Source: Candidatus Woesebacteria bacterium
Lineage (GTDB): Bacteria > Patescibacteriota > Microgenomatia > UBA8517
Assembly: GCA_013426185.1 (NCBI GenBank)
Contig: CP058602.1
Coordinates: 10,231-74,230 of the forward strand
Length of the DNA stretch: 64,000 nt
Reading direction: 5' to 3'
The translations under genes were made by a program, and so were the position numbers. Below the pieces are notes generated by a model. It was not told the DNA's origin. It did not search any database and was given only the letters and a program-made list of their open reading frames with translations. This document shows positions 29,422-39,321 of this stretch, piece after piece. How positions within the stretch are numbered: the first letter of the stretch is position 1; each line of letters starts with the position of its first letter.

Positions 29422-29583
29422 ATATAATTATTGTCCTGGGGTGGAATTTTTGTCAAGTGTTTTTATGCCTGAGAATCAAGTAAGTGAAAATTACGATTGG
29501 AGATAGTATTTCAGAAAATATTAGATATCCTTAAACGCTCTTTCCAAGGACTGTCCTAAAAAGGACAGTCCTTTTCAAGAGTC

Positions 29584-30003
29584 TTACTTAACTTCAACAT
29601 TTGCGCCTGCTGCTTTCAATTTTTCTGCTGCTGCTTTAACATCTTCAGCCTTTGCATCCTTCAGGATTTCTGCAGGAACATTTTCTGTCATAGCTTTTGC
29701 GTCCATCAATGTTAAGTTTTGATTGATTTCGCGCAAAGCCTTAATAACAGCAATCTTATTAGCGCCAGCGTTGGTCATGACCAAAGTCTGATTGGCGCCA
29801 CCGGCTTCTTGTCCGCCAGCTTCTCCTTGAGCTTGACCAGAATCAGCAGGAGCTGCTTGAGGAGCTACGGCAGTTGGCATTGCTGAAACTCCTAATTTTT
29901 CCTGCAATGCTTTGGTTAATTCCGAAAGTTCCAAAACTGAAAGACTTGAAATCTTTTCAACTAATTCTTCTACTGTTTTCGATAATTTTGCTTCATCTGC
30001 CAT
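29584..30003 (-). CDS. rplL: 50S ribosomal protein L7/L12
   Basis: LSVLELSEL...GVSA, KIAVIKALRE, KLKAAGANVEVK. Confidence 0.95.
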   Translation of the reverse strand: MADEAKLSKTVEELVEKISSLSVLELSELTKALQEKLGVSAMPTAVAPQAAPADSGQAQGEAGGQEAGGANQTLVMTNAGANKIAVIKALREINQNLTLMDAKAMTENVPAEILKDAKAEDVKAAAEKLKAAGANVEVK

Positions 30004-30020
30004 ATTTAACACCCCCTTTC

Positions 30021-30539
30021 TTATTTCTTAGATGCCTCGTTTAATATAAACACCAGTTTTTGCAAGTTGTTTTCAAGAGTGAAAGCAAAAGTATAGAGCG
30101 GGGAGGAAATTGTCCCCACGACCTGGCCAAAAAGGACATTTTTGGGCGGTAATTTAGAAAGGGCAATTAAATTTTCTTTATCTTGGAATTTCCCTTCAAC
30201 AATTCCAACTTTAAATTGAGGAATTTCAAATTCAGAAGCAAACTTGGCTAATACTTGAAGCGGTGCGATAGGGTCTGACTCGGTCGCAACAATGGCAGTT
30301 GGCCCTGAAAGGACAGTGTCTGATGTAATTTCTTCGGCCACTTTAGCCTCCTTTGAGGCAAGGCGAAAGAGGGTGTTTTTGACAACAAGCATTTTTGCAC
30401 CAACTGCTTTTAGCCTTTTTTTAAGCTCTTGCTGAAGTTTAACTGTAAGGCCTTGGTAATTAATAACCACAATAGCGCTTGAGCTTTTAAGCTCTTCTGT
30501 TAAGTTTTGTACGAATAATGGTTTTTCAGCTCTTTTCAT
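30021..30539 (-). CDS. rplJ: 50S ribosomal protein L10
   Basis: YQGLTV, VVKNTLF, GPTAI, LSKLP; start MKRAEK at 30539. Confidence 0.94.
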   Translation of the reverse strand: MKRAEKPLFVQNLTEELKSSSAIVVINYQGLTVKLQQELKKRLKAVGAKMLVVKNTLFRLASKEAKVAEEITSDTVLSGPTAIVATESDPIAPLQVLAKFASEFEIPQFKVGIVEGKFQDKENLIALSKLPPKNVLFGQVVGTISSPLYTFAFTLENNLQKLVFILNEASKK

Positions 30540-30577
30540 AATCTTTTTTGGGCAGGGTCGGACCCTGTTTTCTCCCA

Positions 30578-30686
30578 ATAAAAAAGCGCCAACACCAAGG
30601 CGCCTACAAACTTCACTCAGATTATCTTTTAGGCTTCCTCGGTGCGATTTACTTAGCTTGACGCTAAAACACACTTTCTTAGGAAC
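30578..30686 (-). promoter_or_regulatory. L10 leader (attenuator-type) RNA
   Basis: CCTAAGAAAGTGTG...TAAATCGCACCGAGG resembles the L10_leader core; ends in GGCGCC/GGCGC hairpin plus T6; upstream of rplJ. Confidence 0.7.
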
Positions 30687-30719
30687 AGGGAAATTATATG
30701 TTTTGGCTAATCTTAAGTC

Positions 30720-31127
30720 AAGAGGGAAACGGACATCGAACATTGGACATCGGCCGTCGGACGTCGGATGTCAGCTGTCGGCTATCGGAATTCAGCCGGA
30801 GCCGACCGAAAGATTGTATCTAGTATCTTGTATTATGTATTATGCAGGAAATATAAGTAGAAAGTAGAACGTAGTAAGTAGAAAGCAAAATTAAGAAATA
30901 GTTAAAAGTTCAAAATTAAAAGTTAAAAGTTGGAATTTATTTGTTTGGAATTTGAGAAACTGGATAATTATAGAATTGTTTAGAATTTAGAATTTAGGAT
31001 TTGGACCTTGTAATTTGGAGCTTGGAATTTGTTTGTAATTTGTAATTTGGAATTTGTGATTTAATTCTATAATCCAAAATCTACAATCTAGTTATCAAGT
31101 TTTGACTTTTAAGTTTTAAGTTATTAT
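30720..31127. repeat. Mosaic heptamer array A8 (between rplA and rplJ)
   Basis: TCGGACA, TATTATG, AAGTAGA, AAAGTT, TTAGAAT, TCTATAA, TTTTGAC modules. Confidence 0.9.
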
Positions 31128-31940
31128 CTAGAAATCTATTCTTGCCGAGGGGCTCATGGTGGATTTGATGAAGAGTTTTACAATCTGCTTTCGGCCGATA
31201 GCTTCAATTATGGCTTCTAAATTCTCGCTTAATTTTTTATCGTCCATACTTACTTTGCCAAAAATTGTGTGAATTAAAGGCGCTTCTTTTTCTGTCTTAA
31301 GAGTCATTTTATCAGTGCTGAAATTTTTAGCCTCTTCTTTGCTTTTAATCAAAGTTCCGTTTTTGGGGTTTGGCAGTAAGCCCTTTGGTCCAAGAAGTCT
31401 TGCAAAGGGCAAAAGCTTTGGCATCATGTCAGGAGTTGCCAAAAGGACATCAAAATCAATAACCCCTTTTTCTAATTTAGCAATTGTTTTTTCATCTGCA
31501 ACTTCTATCTTTTTAGTTTTTCCGGTTGAGTGGGGAAGACTAACGCTCACATTAAGGCCTTGTTTTTTAACCTGAATATGAGCTTCCATTGTGCCGTCAA
31601 AGGAAGAGTAAGAAGCTTCTTTTATAAGTTTTATTGCCTCATCAATTTTATAGCTTTTGGTTTTATCTATTTTTTGCTTTGCGGCAAGGTATTTTTTGCC
31701 TCTTTTTCTTTCTTTTGCCTTGGCTTTCTTTTCTTCCTTTTTCTCTTCCTCTTTAATTTCAGGAATTTCGCCACCGACAACTTTTATTCTTTCACCGCCC
31801 TTTAGGCCCACACCCTCAATTTTGGCTTTTTCTTTAGCCTCGCGCTCGGCTTTTTTCTTCAGTCTTTCTTTGTATTTTTCTTCTCCTGAAAGATTTTCTT
31901 CAGGAAGTCCTGTGACAAATGCTGTTTTTGTTTTACCCAT
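31128..31940 (-). CDS. rplA: 50S ribosomal protein L1 (Lys/Glu-rich N-extension)
   Basis: RGKKY, FDGT, LPHSTGK, LGPKGLLPNPKNGT, KSTMSP. Confidence 0.95.
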   Translation of the reverse strand: MGKTKTAFVTGLPEENLSGEEKYKERLKKKAEREAKEKAKIEGVGLKGGERIKVVGGEIPEIKEEEKKEEKKAKAKERKRGKKYLAAKQKIDKTKSYKIDEAIKLIKEASYSSFDGTMEAHIQVKKQGLNVSVSLPHSTGKTKKIEVADEKTIAKLEKGVIDFDVLLATPDMMPKLLPFARLLGPKGLLPNPKNGTLIKSKEEAKNFSTDKMTLKTEKEAPLIHTIFGKVSMDDKKLSENLEAIIEAIGRKQIVKLFIKSTMSPSARIDF

Positions 31941-31944
31941 AATT

Positions 31945-31997
31945 TATAAAGTAAAAGGCAAGAGGTAAAAGGTAAAAGTTTTTGACCTTTTATCCTC
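31945..31997. repeat. Minimal inverted heptamer pair A9 between rplK and rplA
   Basis: (GTAAAAG)n followed by (CTTTTA)n arm. Confidence 0.65.
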
Positions 31998-32423
31998 TTA
32001 TTCTTCGACTTTTACACCCATGCTTCTTGCTGTACCTGCCACAATTTTCTTGGCAGCCTCAAGATCATCGGTGTTTAAGTCATCCATTTTTTCTTTGGCA
32101 ATCTTTTCAAGCTGATCTTTAGTCAAAGTTCCGATTGTTTCTCTTAAAGCTTGCCCTGAACCTTTATCAAGCCCCAATTCTTTTTTAATCATTTCAGAAA
32201 CTGGTGCTTTTCTTAATTCAAAGTCAAAAGAGCGGTCTTCATAAATCGTTATGACAGCAGGCACGACCTGGCCTTTCATGTCTTTGGTTCTGTCGTTATA
32301 AGCTTTGACAAAATCCATAATGGCAACTCCATGCTGACCCAAAGCCGGGCCAAGCGGGGGAGCGGGGGTAGCCTCGCCAGCTTTAAGATTAACTTTGATT
32401 ACCACTTTGACTTTCTTTGCCAT
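31998..32423 (-). CDS. rplK: 50S ribosomal protein L11
   Basis: AGEATPAPPLGPALGQHGV, GTARSMGV. Confidence 0.97.
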   Translation of the reverse strand: MAKKVKVVIKVNLKAGEATPAPPLGPALGQHGVAIMDFVKAYNDRTKDMKGQVVPAVITIYEDRSFDFELRKAPVSEMIKKELGLDKGSGQALRETIGTLTKDQLEKIAKEKMDDLNTDDLEAAKKIVAGTARSMGVKVEE

Positions 32424-32625
32424 TTTTAAAGCTTTAATTGCAGAAGCAAGTAGAGGAAAAAAGCTTGCGACCGCAACTAAAGGTCTCCCTCATTTAGTGA
32501 GGTAATTTATTATAGAGGTTATTTTGGAGATTGTAAATAGATAAATGCTTGAAGTCTTTGCTGCTCTAATCCCGATATGACTAGCTAATCCACTTCCGAA
32601 GTGCTCTGGGTTGTCATATCGGGAA

Positions 32626-33243
32626 TTAGACTTTCTGGATTTGCAAGAAATTGAGTTCAACTGGAGTCTCGCGGCCAAAGATTGAAACCAAAACTTTAAC
32701 CTTACCTCGTTCTTCATCCATTTCACTGATTGAGCCCAAAAATCCTGAGAAAGGCCCGTCAACGATTTTAACCGCCTCGCCAGTTGAAAACCTGGTCTTA
32801 AATCTTTTGGCAGGAGTTGAAATAAATTTGAGAATATTTTCAACCTCTTTTTCGCTTAATGGAGTAGGGCTTTTGCCCGCGCCGACAAAACCTGTAATTC
32901 CTGGAGTGGTGCGAACAGCAAGCCAGGTGGCATCATCCATAATCATTTTCACTAAAAGATAACCAGGAAGAATTTTTTCTTTGACCGTTGCCTTTTTGCC
33001 GCTTCTTATTACCACTCTGTCTTGAGTTGGCACCATCAGCTCAAAGACATTTCTTTCAAATCCCATTGATTCAACTCTTTGGCGAAGGGTTTCAGCAACA
33101 CGCATCTCGTGGCCTGAAGCGGTATGAACAACATACCAGTGGGCAAGAGGGTTTTCCTCTTTATTAATAACAAAATGACCAACAACTTTGGTCGGTGTTT
33201 CAACTTGTAATTCTTCTTTTTTCTCTTCTTTTATTTTTTTCAT
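32626..33243 (-). CDS. nusG: Transcription elongation factor NusG
   Basis: WYVVHTASGHE, PGYLLV, VRTTPGITGF, DGPFSGF, IFGRETPVEL. Confidence 0.97.
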   Translation of the reverse strand: MKKIKEEKKEELQVETPTKVVGHFVINKEENPLAHWYVVHTASGHEMRVAETLRQRVESMGFERNVFELMVPTQDRVVIRSGKKATVKEKILPGYLLVKMIMDDATWLAVRTTPGITGFVGAGKSPTPLSEKEVENILKFISTPAKRFKTRFSTGEAVKIVDGPFSGFLGSISEMDEERGKVKVLVSIFGRETPVELNFLQIQKV

Positions 33244-33422
33244 CTTACAAAGATTTTAGTCAAGATTGTGGTAAAAAGAAAGTCCAAAATCCCGACATAA
33301 CCTGCTACTATAGCCGAAAAGACGATAACTGTCAAAGTCATTCTTACAGTTTCTTCTTTTTTTGGCCAGGTAACTTTGCTTAATTCAAGGCGAACTCCTT
33401 GTAGATAGTTGATAATTTTCCT
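33240..33422 (-). CDS. secE: Preprotein translocase SecE
   Basis: ELSKVTWP motif plus one TM; start uncertain (GTG ~33422). Confidence 0.9.
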   Translation of the reverse strand, partial: RKIINYLQGVRLELSKVTWPKKEETVRMTLTVIVFSAIVAGYVGILDFLFTTILTKIFVR

Positions 33423-33483
33423 CACAAAAAAGAATTTTATCAGAAAGAACTTGCCAAAACAATATATAATCAAGAAAGATAAT

Positions 33484-33906
33484 ATGACTCGAGGAAAAGA
33501 ATTGGAGATTCTAAAAGTAGCTGGTGGTGGTGAGATAGTTGTAACCAGAACGCCTACAGGTCAGTTTTCTCCTGTAGAAATAAAAAAGGATAAGAATCCC
33601 ATTGTTCCTGCTAGGTTGCAAGGTGATTTAAGAAATGTAGCTGCTCGAGTTGCTTTTGAACTTCAGGAATCAAATTCCAATTTATTTTCAGAGATTGATA
33701 CATCAGATCCTGAGGAGATAGCAGAAGGGGTTTGGGAAGAGTCTTTATCAAGGCTTAAGAAGTCAGGTCTTAAGGATGATGACTTAGTCTGGGTAATAGC
33801 AAGAAGGTTTGGCGCGAGAGGCTTAACTCCAAATCAGTTCAAGCAACTTCAAGAAGATATTAAAGCTGTTATTGATTCTTTTAAATCTTCTAAATCAAGA
33901 AAGTGA
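33484..33906 (+). CDS. Hypothetical protein
   Basis: ATG 33484 after TATAAT; overlaps rnhB start. Confidence 0.6.
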   Translation: MTRGKELEILKVAGGGEIVVTRTPTGQFSPVEIKKDKNPIVPARLQGDLRNVAARVAFELQESNSNLFSEIDTSDPEEIAEGVWEESLSRLKKSGLKDDDLVWVIARRFGARGLTPNQFKQLQEDIKAVIDSFKSSKSRK

Positions 33907-34619
33907 AAAGTCTCCCCAACTTCTATTACGAAAAAAAGATTCTAAAAAAAGGTTATAAAGTAATAGCTGGTCTTGATGAGGCTGGTAGGGGAGCTTTGGC
34001 AGGGCCTTTGGTTTGTGCGGCTGTTGTCTTTAAAGGAAATTTTTCTGAGATTATAAAACAAGCCTCAAAAGATCAAGTAAAAATAAATGATTCTAAGAAA
34101 TTAACAGAGAATAAGCGAAAGGAAGCTTATTCTTGGATAAGAAAAAATGCTTTTTCTTTTGGGGTAGGGGTCTCTTCTGTTTCGGAAATCAACCGCTACG
34201 GTATTGCAAAAGCAACTTTTTCGGGTTTTCGTCGGGCGATAAGAGAAGTGGAAAAGAGAGCGGGAAGGCGAGTAAATTTTATACTCATTGATGCGTTTTA
34301 TGTCCCTTATATAGAGGGTATTAGAATGCCTAAGAAAACAATAAGAAAAGCTAATAGAAGGACAAAAAAAGTGAAAATAGAAGGCAGACAGCTAGCAATT
34401 ATTCATGGCGACGAAAAATCTTTTTCAATTGCTGCAGCATCAATTATTGCCAAAGTTTACCGCGACAAGATAATGAAAAAAATTTCTCGTCTTGCCGCTT
34501 ACAAAAAATATAATTGGGAAAAGAATAAAGGCTACGGAACTTCAGACCATCTTTTGGCTTTAAAGAAGTTTGGTTTAACAAAAGAGCACCGCTCAAGTTT
34601 TATTCACCTTAAGTCTTAA
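33903..34619 (+). CDS. rnhB: Ribonuclease HII
   Basis: GLDEAGRGALAGP, DSKKL, GDEKSFSIAAASIIAKV, NKGYGT, HRSSF. Confidence 0.96.
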   Translation: MKSLPNFYYEKKILKKGYKVIAGLDEAGRGALAGPLVCAAVVFKGNFSEIIKQASKDQVKINDSKKLTENKRKEAYSWIRKNAFSFGVGVSSVSEINRYGIAKATFSGFRRAIREVEKRAGRRVNFILIDAFYVPYIEGIRMPKKTIRKANRRTKKVKIEGRQLAIIHGDEKSFSIAAASIIAKVYRDKIMKKISRLAAYKKYNWEKNKGYGTSDHLLALKKFGLTKEHRSSFIHLKS

Positions 34620-34816
34620 TTATTCTTGGCTCTTTTTCTTGCCAATTCATCCAAGAATTTGAGGCGGTATTTTTTCTCTTTTCTGATTTGAGATTTGGGT
34701 TTATATTCTTTCCTTTCTCTTGCTTCAATGACAATGCCCTCATCCAAAACCTTTTTCTTAAATCGGCTGATGAGTTTGTCTTCTGACTCGCCTTTTTGCT
34801 TTTTAACAACGACCAT
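34616..34816 (-). CDS. rpsU: 30S ribosomal protein S21
   Basis: GESEDKLISRFKKKV...EARER.EY.PKS. Confidence 0.85.
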   Translation of the reverse strand: MVVVKKQKGESEDKLISRFKKKVLDEGIVIEARERKEYKPKSQIRKEKKYRLKFLDELARKRAKNN

Positions 34817-34887
34817 TAAAAATCGCCTCCTTTCTGATATAATCTTCTTAATTTTAACAAAGAAAGACAATAACTGCCAGTAGCATT

Positions 34888-35739
34888 GTGATAGAAAGAA
34901 AAAAATCACCGCAACTATCTTTTGGTATTGAAGCTGAAAAGGCCTTTATTCCTGAAAGTCTTTTAGATAAGTCTTGGGGAAAGGAAATTGTGAGTTTTTT
35001 GGAAGGTAGAAATAATTGGAAAGATAGGCCATTCGGTCCTTTTGTTTGCTTTGTATTTACCAGTCAAGAGTTTGAGAGATTTATTTTTAATCCCTCAAAT
35101 TGGCAAGTGCAAAGCGAAGAAAAGGACAAAAAATATGCTGGGTGTTTAGTCTTGGTAGATGACTTTTTTGATTTTAGTGAGTCTATTTTGGAGAATATTC
35201 CTCTTAGAAAGAAATCCCCATTTTATGTTTTTGAGAGAGCAAATGGTCTTCATCTAGATGCTAGAGAGAAAGAAAAGAGAATTGATGTTTTGAAAGGATT
35301 GGGATTGGTTGAGGTAAATATCCTTACAAAACAAGTGCCTGGTTTTTGGGTATGGGAGGCAAGGGTAGAGAAGAATAGAGTGGCACGAAAAATTAATCTT
35401 TTAGATAAAGAAAAGCGCCCTCGGGCTTACAATTGGGCAAGGAAGCTTTGGAAGGATATGGCAGATGAGTATGCAAGAAGTGGTTTTAAAGTTGTTTCCG
35501 GAGCCGATTCTGAAATAGTGGCGAGGTTAAAAGCGAGCAAGAATCCTCCTAATGATTTGGGCAGGCTCAAAATGGGTTGGGGGGTTGAGATTAAAAATCC
35601 TTCTTGTGGTTGCCATCTCAAGATATCTTTAAATGGAGATCTTGACTGGATTTATTTTTGCGGCGATGAGACCCATCATACTATCAGACAGGGTCGGACC
35701 CTGTCCAAGGGTCAACGGGGCGGAGTTAGTCGAAGTTAG
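34888..35739 (+). CDS. Hypothetical protein
   Basis: 283-aa ORF; C-terminal CGC...C...H cluster; 3' end runs through an R2 repeat. Confidence 0.55.
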   Translation: MIERKKSPQLSFGIEAEKAFIPESLLDKSWGKEIVSFLEGRNNWKDRPFGPFVCFVFTSQEFERFIFNPSNWQVQSEEKDKKYAGCLVLVDDFFDFSESILENIPLRKKSPFYVFERANGLHLDAREKEKRIDVLKGLGLVEVNILTKQVPGFWVWEARVEKNRVARKINLLDKEKRPRAYNWARKLWKDMADEYARSGFKVVSGADSEIVARLKASKNPPNDLGRLKMGWGVEIKNPSCGCHLKISLNGDLDWIYFCGDETHHTIRQGRTLSKGQRGGVSRS

Positions 35740-35926
35740 TCGGAAGACAGTATTTAGTATTTTGTATCTTGTATTATGTATTATGGGAATAATGCATTTT
35801 CCTGCATAATACATAATTCATAATACTAAATTCAGAATTTTTCCCTTTGTTCTATGTTTTTTGTTCTAGCTTCAAGTTTTGACTTTTGACTTTTAAGTTT
35901 TGAGTTAATTTGTAATTTTACTCTGT
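35715..35926. repeat. Mosaic heptamer array A10
   Basis: TATTATG/CATAATA hairpin, TTCTATG, TTTTGAC modules. Confidence 0.85.
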
Positions 35927-36460
35927 CTATTCTGTAATTGAAAATGTGGAGATAATTTGGTCCACTTCCGGATTTTGATTCGCATTAACCAAAGTTATAT
36001 ATTTGTCGCCGATTTTCTTGACGGTTAGGTTGGGCTCATTTTTGTATTTTGCCTGATATTCAGCTACACTATTCCAAACTTCAATGGGTAAGTCATAAGA
36101 TTGTCCGCCGCTATAAATCAAAACCACAGCTTTGGGCCAGCCGTAAAGATTGTTTTTATCAGTTAGTGCTTTGTAGGTTGGAGGATAGGAAATTTGAAAA
36201 CCATACTTTTCATTTTTATAAGTCAGCCAGCCGGTAGGTATATTAGCTTGACTTTTAGGTGTGGCGCTTGGGGTTGAAGTTGTTTCTGGTTGGGAGGGTA
36301 ATATTTCTGGCATCTCAGCCTCGGTTTTATTGGACTGTCTTGTGTTATTTTGGATTAATTTTTGCAATTGCAGATTTTGATAAACTAAAAGTCCGATTAC
36401 GCCAAGAAGGAGGAAAATAACTATGATTAAAACTGCGCTTGCTTGACCTTTTCCTTTCAT
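35927..36460 (-). CDS. Membrane-anchored hypothetical protein (PsbP-like W.TY.N..YGF.ISYP motif)
   Basis: KGQAS N-terminus plus TM; conserved-looking motif. Confidence 0.7.
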   Translation of the reverse strand: MKGKGQASAVLIIVIFLLLGVIGLLVYQNLQLQKLIQNNTRQSNKTEAEMPEILPSQPETTSTPSATPKSQANIPTGWLTYKNEKYGFQISYPPTYKALTDKNNLYGWPKAVVLIYSGGQSYDLPIEVWNSVAEYQAKYKNEPNLTVKKIGDKYITLVNANQNPEVDQIISTFSITE

Positions 36461-36575
36461 CTTAATCTTTTTATACTCTTTTGTATTTTGAAAATCAAGC
36501 CCGAATAGCCCATTGTTATAAGCTAATCAATACCCGGTGTTGACAATGCTGTGCTTTTGATTGTAGTTGTACTTG

Positions 36576-36646
36576 CAGGGCTGGAGGGAATCGAACCCCC
36601 AATAGCGGTTTTGGAGACCGCTGTTATGCCATTTAACTACAGCCCT
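36576..36646 (-). tRNA. tRNA-Trp(CCA)
   Basis: AGGGCTG/CAGCCCT; GCGGT-CTCCAAA-ACCGC. Confidence 0.95.
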
Positions 36647-36714
36647 ATAAAGTAAATTATAGCAAAAACTGATTTGAAAAGCTCGAGAGTTTGATGTTTT
36701 GGTCTCGGTCTGAT

Positions 36715-37027
36715 TTGGAGGAATAGCCAGAGTTGGCCAGGAATAGTATCAAGAATTAAGAATCACGTATCAGGTATCAAGTATGATAATAGGTAAAAGA
36801 AACTCAAGTAGAAAGTAGAATGTAGTAAGTGGAAAGCAAAAGTTCCTAAATTCCTAAATCTATACTCAAGAGTTAAAAGTTTGCTGGGACAGGGTTGGAC
36901 CCTGTTCTAACAATTTACTACAAATACATCGATGTATTTGTAGTTGTATAAAGTTCAAAATTTTATCACCCTTTCTACTTTCTGCTTACTGCTTTTTACT
37001 CTCTTTGTTCTACTTTCTGATTTGTTT
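36715..37027. repeat. Mosaic heptamer array A11 with R2 and R4 palindromes inside
   Basis: GTATCAA and AAGTAGA modules with inverted TTCTACT arm. Confidence 0.8.
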
Positions 37028-37639
37028 TTATCTCTTTTGGAAGATATACAAAGTGTTTCTAAAAGCGCCTAGATCGGCTGAGTTGGGTATGAAGAAGCTG
37101 GGTCTAGCGCTGAGGGGTAGTAGCGATAAATTGTTTTCTTTGGCCCATTTTGCTATCTTTAATTTTGCCTGATTGCCGTAACGTTTTGCTTCTTGAGTTC
37201 TGTCATCTAAAACTATGATTATTTTTTGTCTTGCAATTTGTAAAAACTTTTCTAGACTATAGAGTAGCCCTTCTTCTGCTATATCCCTAGGATTTGGAGC
37301 CACGAGGGAAATGTAATCAGGTGGGAATGGTGGTATAGAATCAACCTCTAGCGTAAAAAATATCATCTGGCTGGGGTTGGCAGTATGAGGACCTAAAGTG
37401 TGAATTTGGACTTTTCCTTCGTTGTTTGCTTTTGCATTTGGATCGCATCCCACCCAAAGCACCCCTCTCGGTGTTTTCCACGAACATCTTGGGTATATTC
37501 CTCGGCTAGGATTAGTTTCTCCACAACCTACATCTAAAATAGTTGTTTGCGCTTGTTGCACCAAGCTAGAGAATCTGTTTTTATCGGGATTAGCCTCAAC
37601 TCTTACATAAGGTCCTGATGTTTGTCTTTCAGGGTCCAT
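37028..37639 (-). CDS. Hypothetical protein, SAM-methyltransferase-like motif I
   Basis: ILDVGCG...WVGCD. Confidence 0.55.
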   Translation of the reverse strand: MDPERQTSGPYVRVEANPDKNRFSSLVQQAQTTILDVGCGETNPSRGIYPRCSWKTPRGVLWVGCDPNAKANNEGKVQIHTLGPHTANPSQMIFFTLEVDSIPPFPPDYISLVAPNPRDIAEEGLLYSLEKFLQIARQKIIIVLDDRTQEAKRYGNQAKLKIAKWAKENNLSLLPLSARPSFFIPNSADLGAFRNTLYIFQKR

Positions 37640-37640
37640 T

Positions 37641-37814
37641 TTACTTTAATTTTGTGCTTTCTTTGTGAAGGGTGACTTTTTTGCAAATCTTGCAATATTT
37701 TTTGATTTCTAGCTTTTTCTCCATATTAATCTTGTTGCGGGTTGTTGTGTAATTTTGACTGCCGCAATCTTTGCAAATCATTCCAACTATTTCTCGAGCT
37801 CCTTTTTTAGCCAT
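37641..37814 (-). CDS. rpmG: 50S ribosomal protein L33 (absent from ORF track)
   Basis: MAKKGAREIVGMICKDCGSQNYTTTRNKINMEKKLEIKKYCKICKKVTLHKESTKLK. Confidence 0.95.
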   Translation of the reverse strand: MAKKGAREIVGMICKDCGSQNYTTTRNKINMEKKLEIKKYCKICKKVTLHKESTKLK

Positions 37815-37896
37815 AGCTCTATTCTATCAAATAATTATTGCTTTTAAAAGTGCTTATTTACAAAATCCTGTTTTTTTTCATAAGATTAGATTATTA

Positions 37897-39150
37897 ATGA
37901 AGGTTGCTTTTATTGCTACGAGAATTTCAGGTCTCGATGGTGTTAGTCTTGAGATTGACAATTGGGGCAAAGTATTCTCGAGGATGGATCATAAAACTCT
38001 TTTTGTGGCAGGCCAACTTGATAGGGAGGGTGTTCTTCTTCCTGAACTTCACTTTCAAAACCCCGAAGTAGCAAAGCTTTACAGATGGATAGTTGAGTCA
38101 AAGAGAAGTTTTGAGAAAGTTGAGGTTAAGGTTTTTGAGATGGCAGGAAGGATAGAAGGCCTTTTGCGTCGCTCGCTTGGAAATGGCGTTTTACCTGATC
38201 TTTTGGTGGTTTCTAATGTTTTTTCCTTGCCGATGCATTTTCCGTTTGCGGTTGGTTTGGCTAGATTCATTGAGGAATATAAAATTCCAACTATTGCCCG
38301 TCATCATGATTTTTGGTGGGAGAGAGAGCGTTTTTTGAACTCGAAATGCTTTAATTTTTTCAAGCGGTGGTTTCCACCAGACTTACCATATGTTAAACAT
38401 GTAACTATTAACTCCATTGCCCAACGCGAACTTTTTGAAAGAACAGGTATAAAATCTGAACTTGTCTGGGACTCATTTGACTTCTCTTCTGATATTAAAC
38501 TTGATAAATATGCTTCGCATTTTAGAGACGATTTTGGTATAAATCCTGGTGATATCGTCTTCCTACAGGCAACAAGAATTGTCCCCAGAAAGAGGTTGGA
38601 GATTGCTATTGAGCTTGTCAGAAGGTTAAACAATCCTCGAATTGTTCTTGTCTTTGCAGGGCATGCTGGGGATGAAGGCTATCTTTACTTAAAAAAGGTT
38701 AAACAATTGGCTTACAAAGCTCCTATAAGGTGCAAGTTTATAGGCAGGTTTGTGAATTCAAGGAGGAGGGTTGTTGACCTTAAAACCAACAATCATTCCA
38801 AAAGGAGGAGAGTATACACTCTTTGGGATTGTTATCTGAATTCTGATTTTGTTGTTTATCCAACAGAGAAGGAAGGTTTTGGTAATCAGTTTGTTGAATC
38901 TGTTTTCTTTAAGAAACCTCTGATACTTACACCCTATCCTGTATACAAGAAAGACATAAAACCTTTGGGTTTTAAGGCTATAGAAATAGATGACAAACTA
39001 AAAGCAGATTCGGTAAAGAAGGTTGAAGATCTTCTCAACAACAAATACGAGGTTGAGAGGATTGTGTCTGAGAATTTTAAATTGGGTAAAAAGTATCTTT
39101 CTTACGATTGGGTAGAGTCGAAAATCCGCAAAATCCTAAAGGATATCTAA
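37897..39150 (+). CDS. GT4 glycosyltransferase
   Basis: DGVSLE, HHDFWWER, RIVPRKRLE, YPTEKEGFGNQFVE; start ATG 37897. Confidence 0.9.
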   Translation: MKVAFIATRISGLDGVSLEIDNWGKVFSRMDHKTLFVAGQLDREGVLLPELHFQNPEVAKLYRWIVESKRSFEKVEVKVFEMAGRIEGLLRRSLGNGVLPDLLVVSNVFSLPMHFPFAVGLARFIEEYKIPTIARHHDFWWERERFLNSKCFNFFKRWFPPDLPYVKHVTINSIAQRELFERTGIKSELVWDSFDFSSDIKLDKYASHFRDDFGINPGDIVFLQATRIVPRKRLEIAIELVRRLNNPRIVLVFAGHAGDEGYLYLKKVKQLAYKAPIRCKFIGRFVNSRRRVVDLKTNNHSKRRRVYTLWDCYLNSDFVVYPTEKEGFGNQFVESVFFKKPLILTPYPVYKKDIKPLGFKAIEIDDKLKADSVKKVEDLLNNKYEVERIVSENFKLGKKYLSYDWVESKIRKILKDI

Positions 39151-39321
39151 AATATTTTTTTCCTAATTGCCAGCGTGTTTTTGGAAGATGAAAATGTTAT
39201 AGACGAGTTAGCCCGAAGGCTGTTTTTGTTTAAATCTCCTGTTGACAAACAATATTTTATATGATTTTATTATCACCATAAGCTTAATTTTTTATTTTAG
39301 TAAAGGCGATAAAAAACCAAA

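Noticed and set aside
30540-30743. N-terminal extension of L10 (likewise argS from 3972, GT4 from 37771, IPPS from 17105, mreB from 56811, dprA from 59589)
   Set aside because: Longest-ORF artefacts overlapping leaders, repeats or neighbouring genes; downstream ATGs match family starts.
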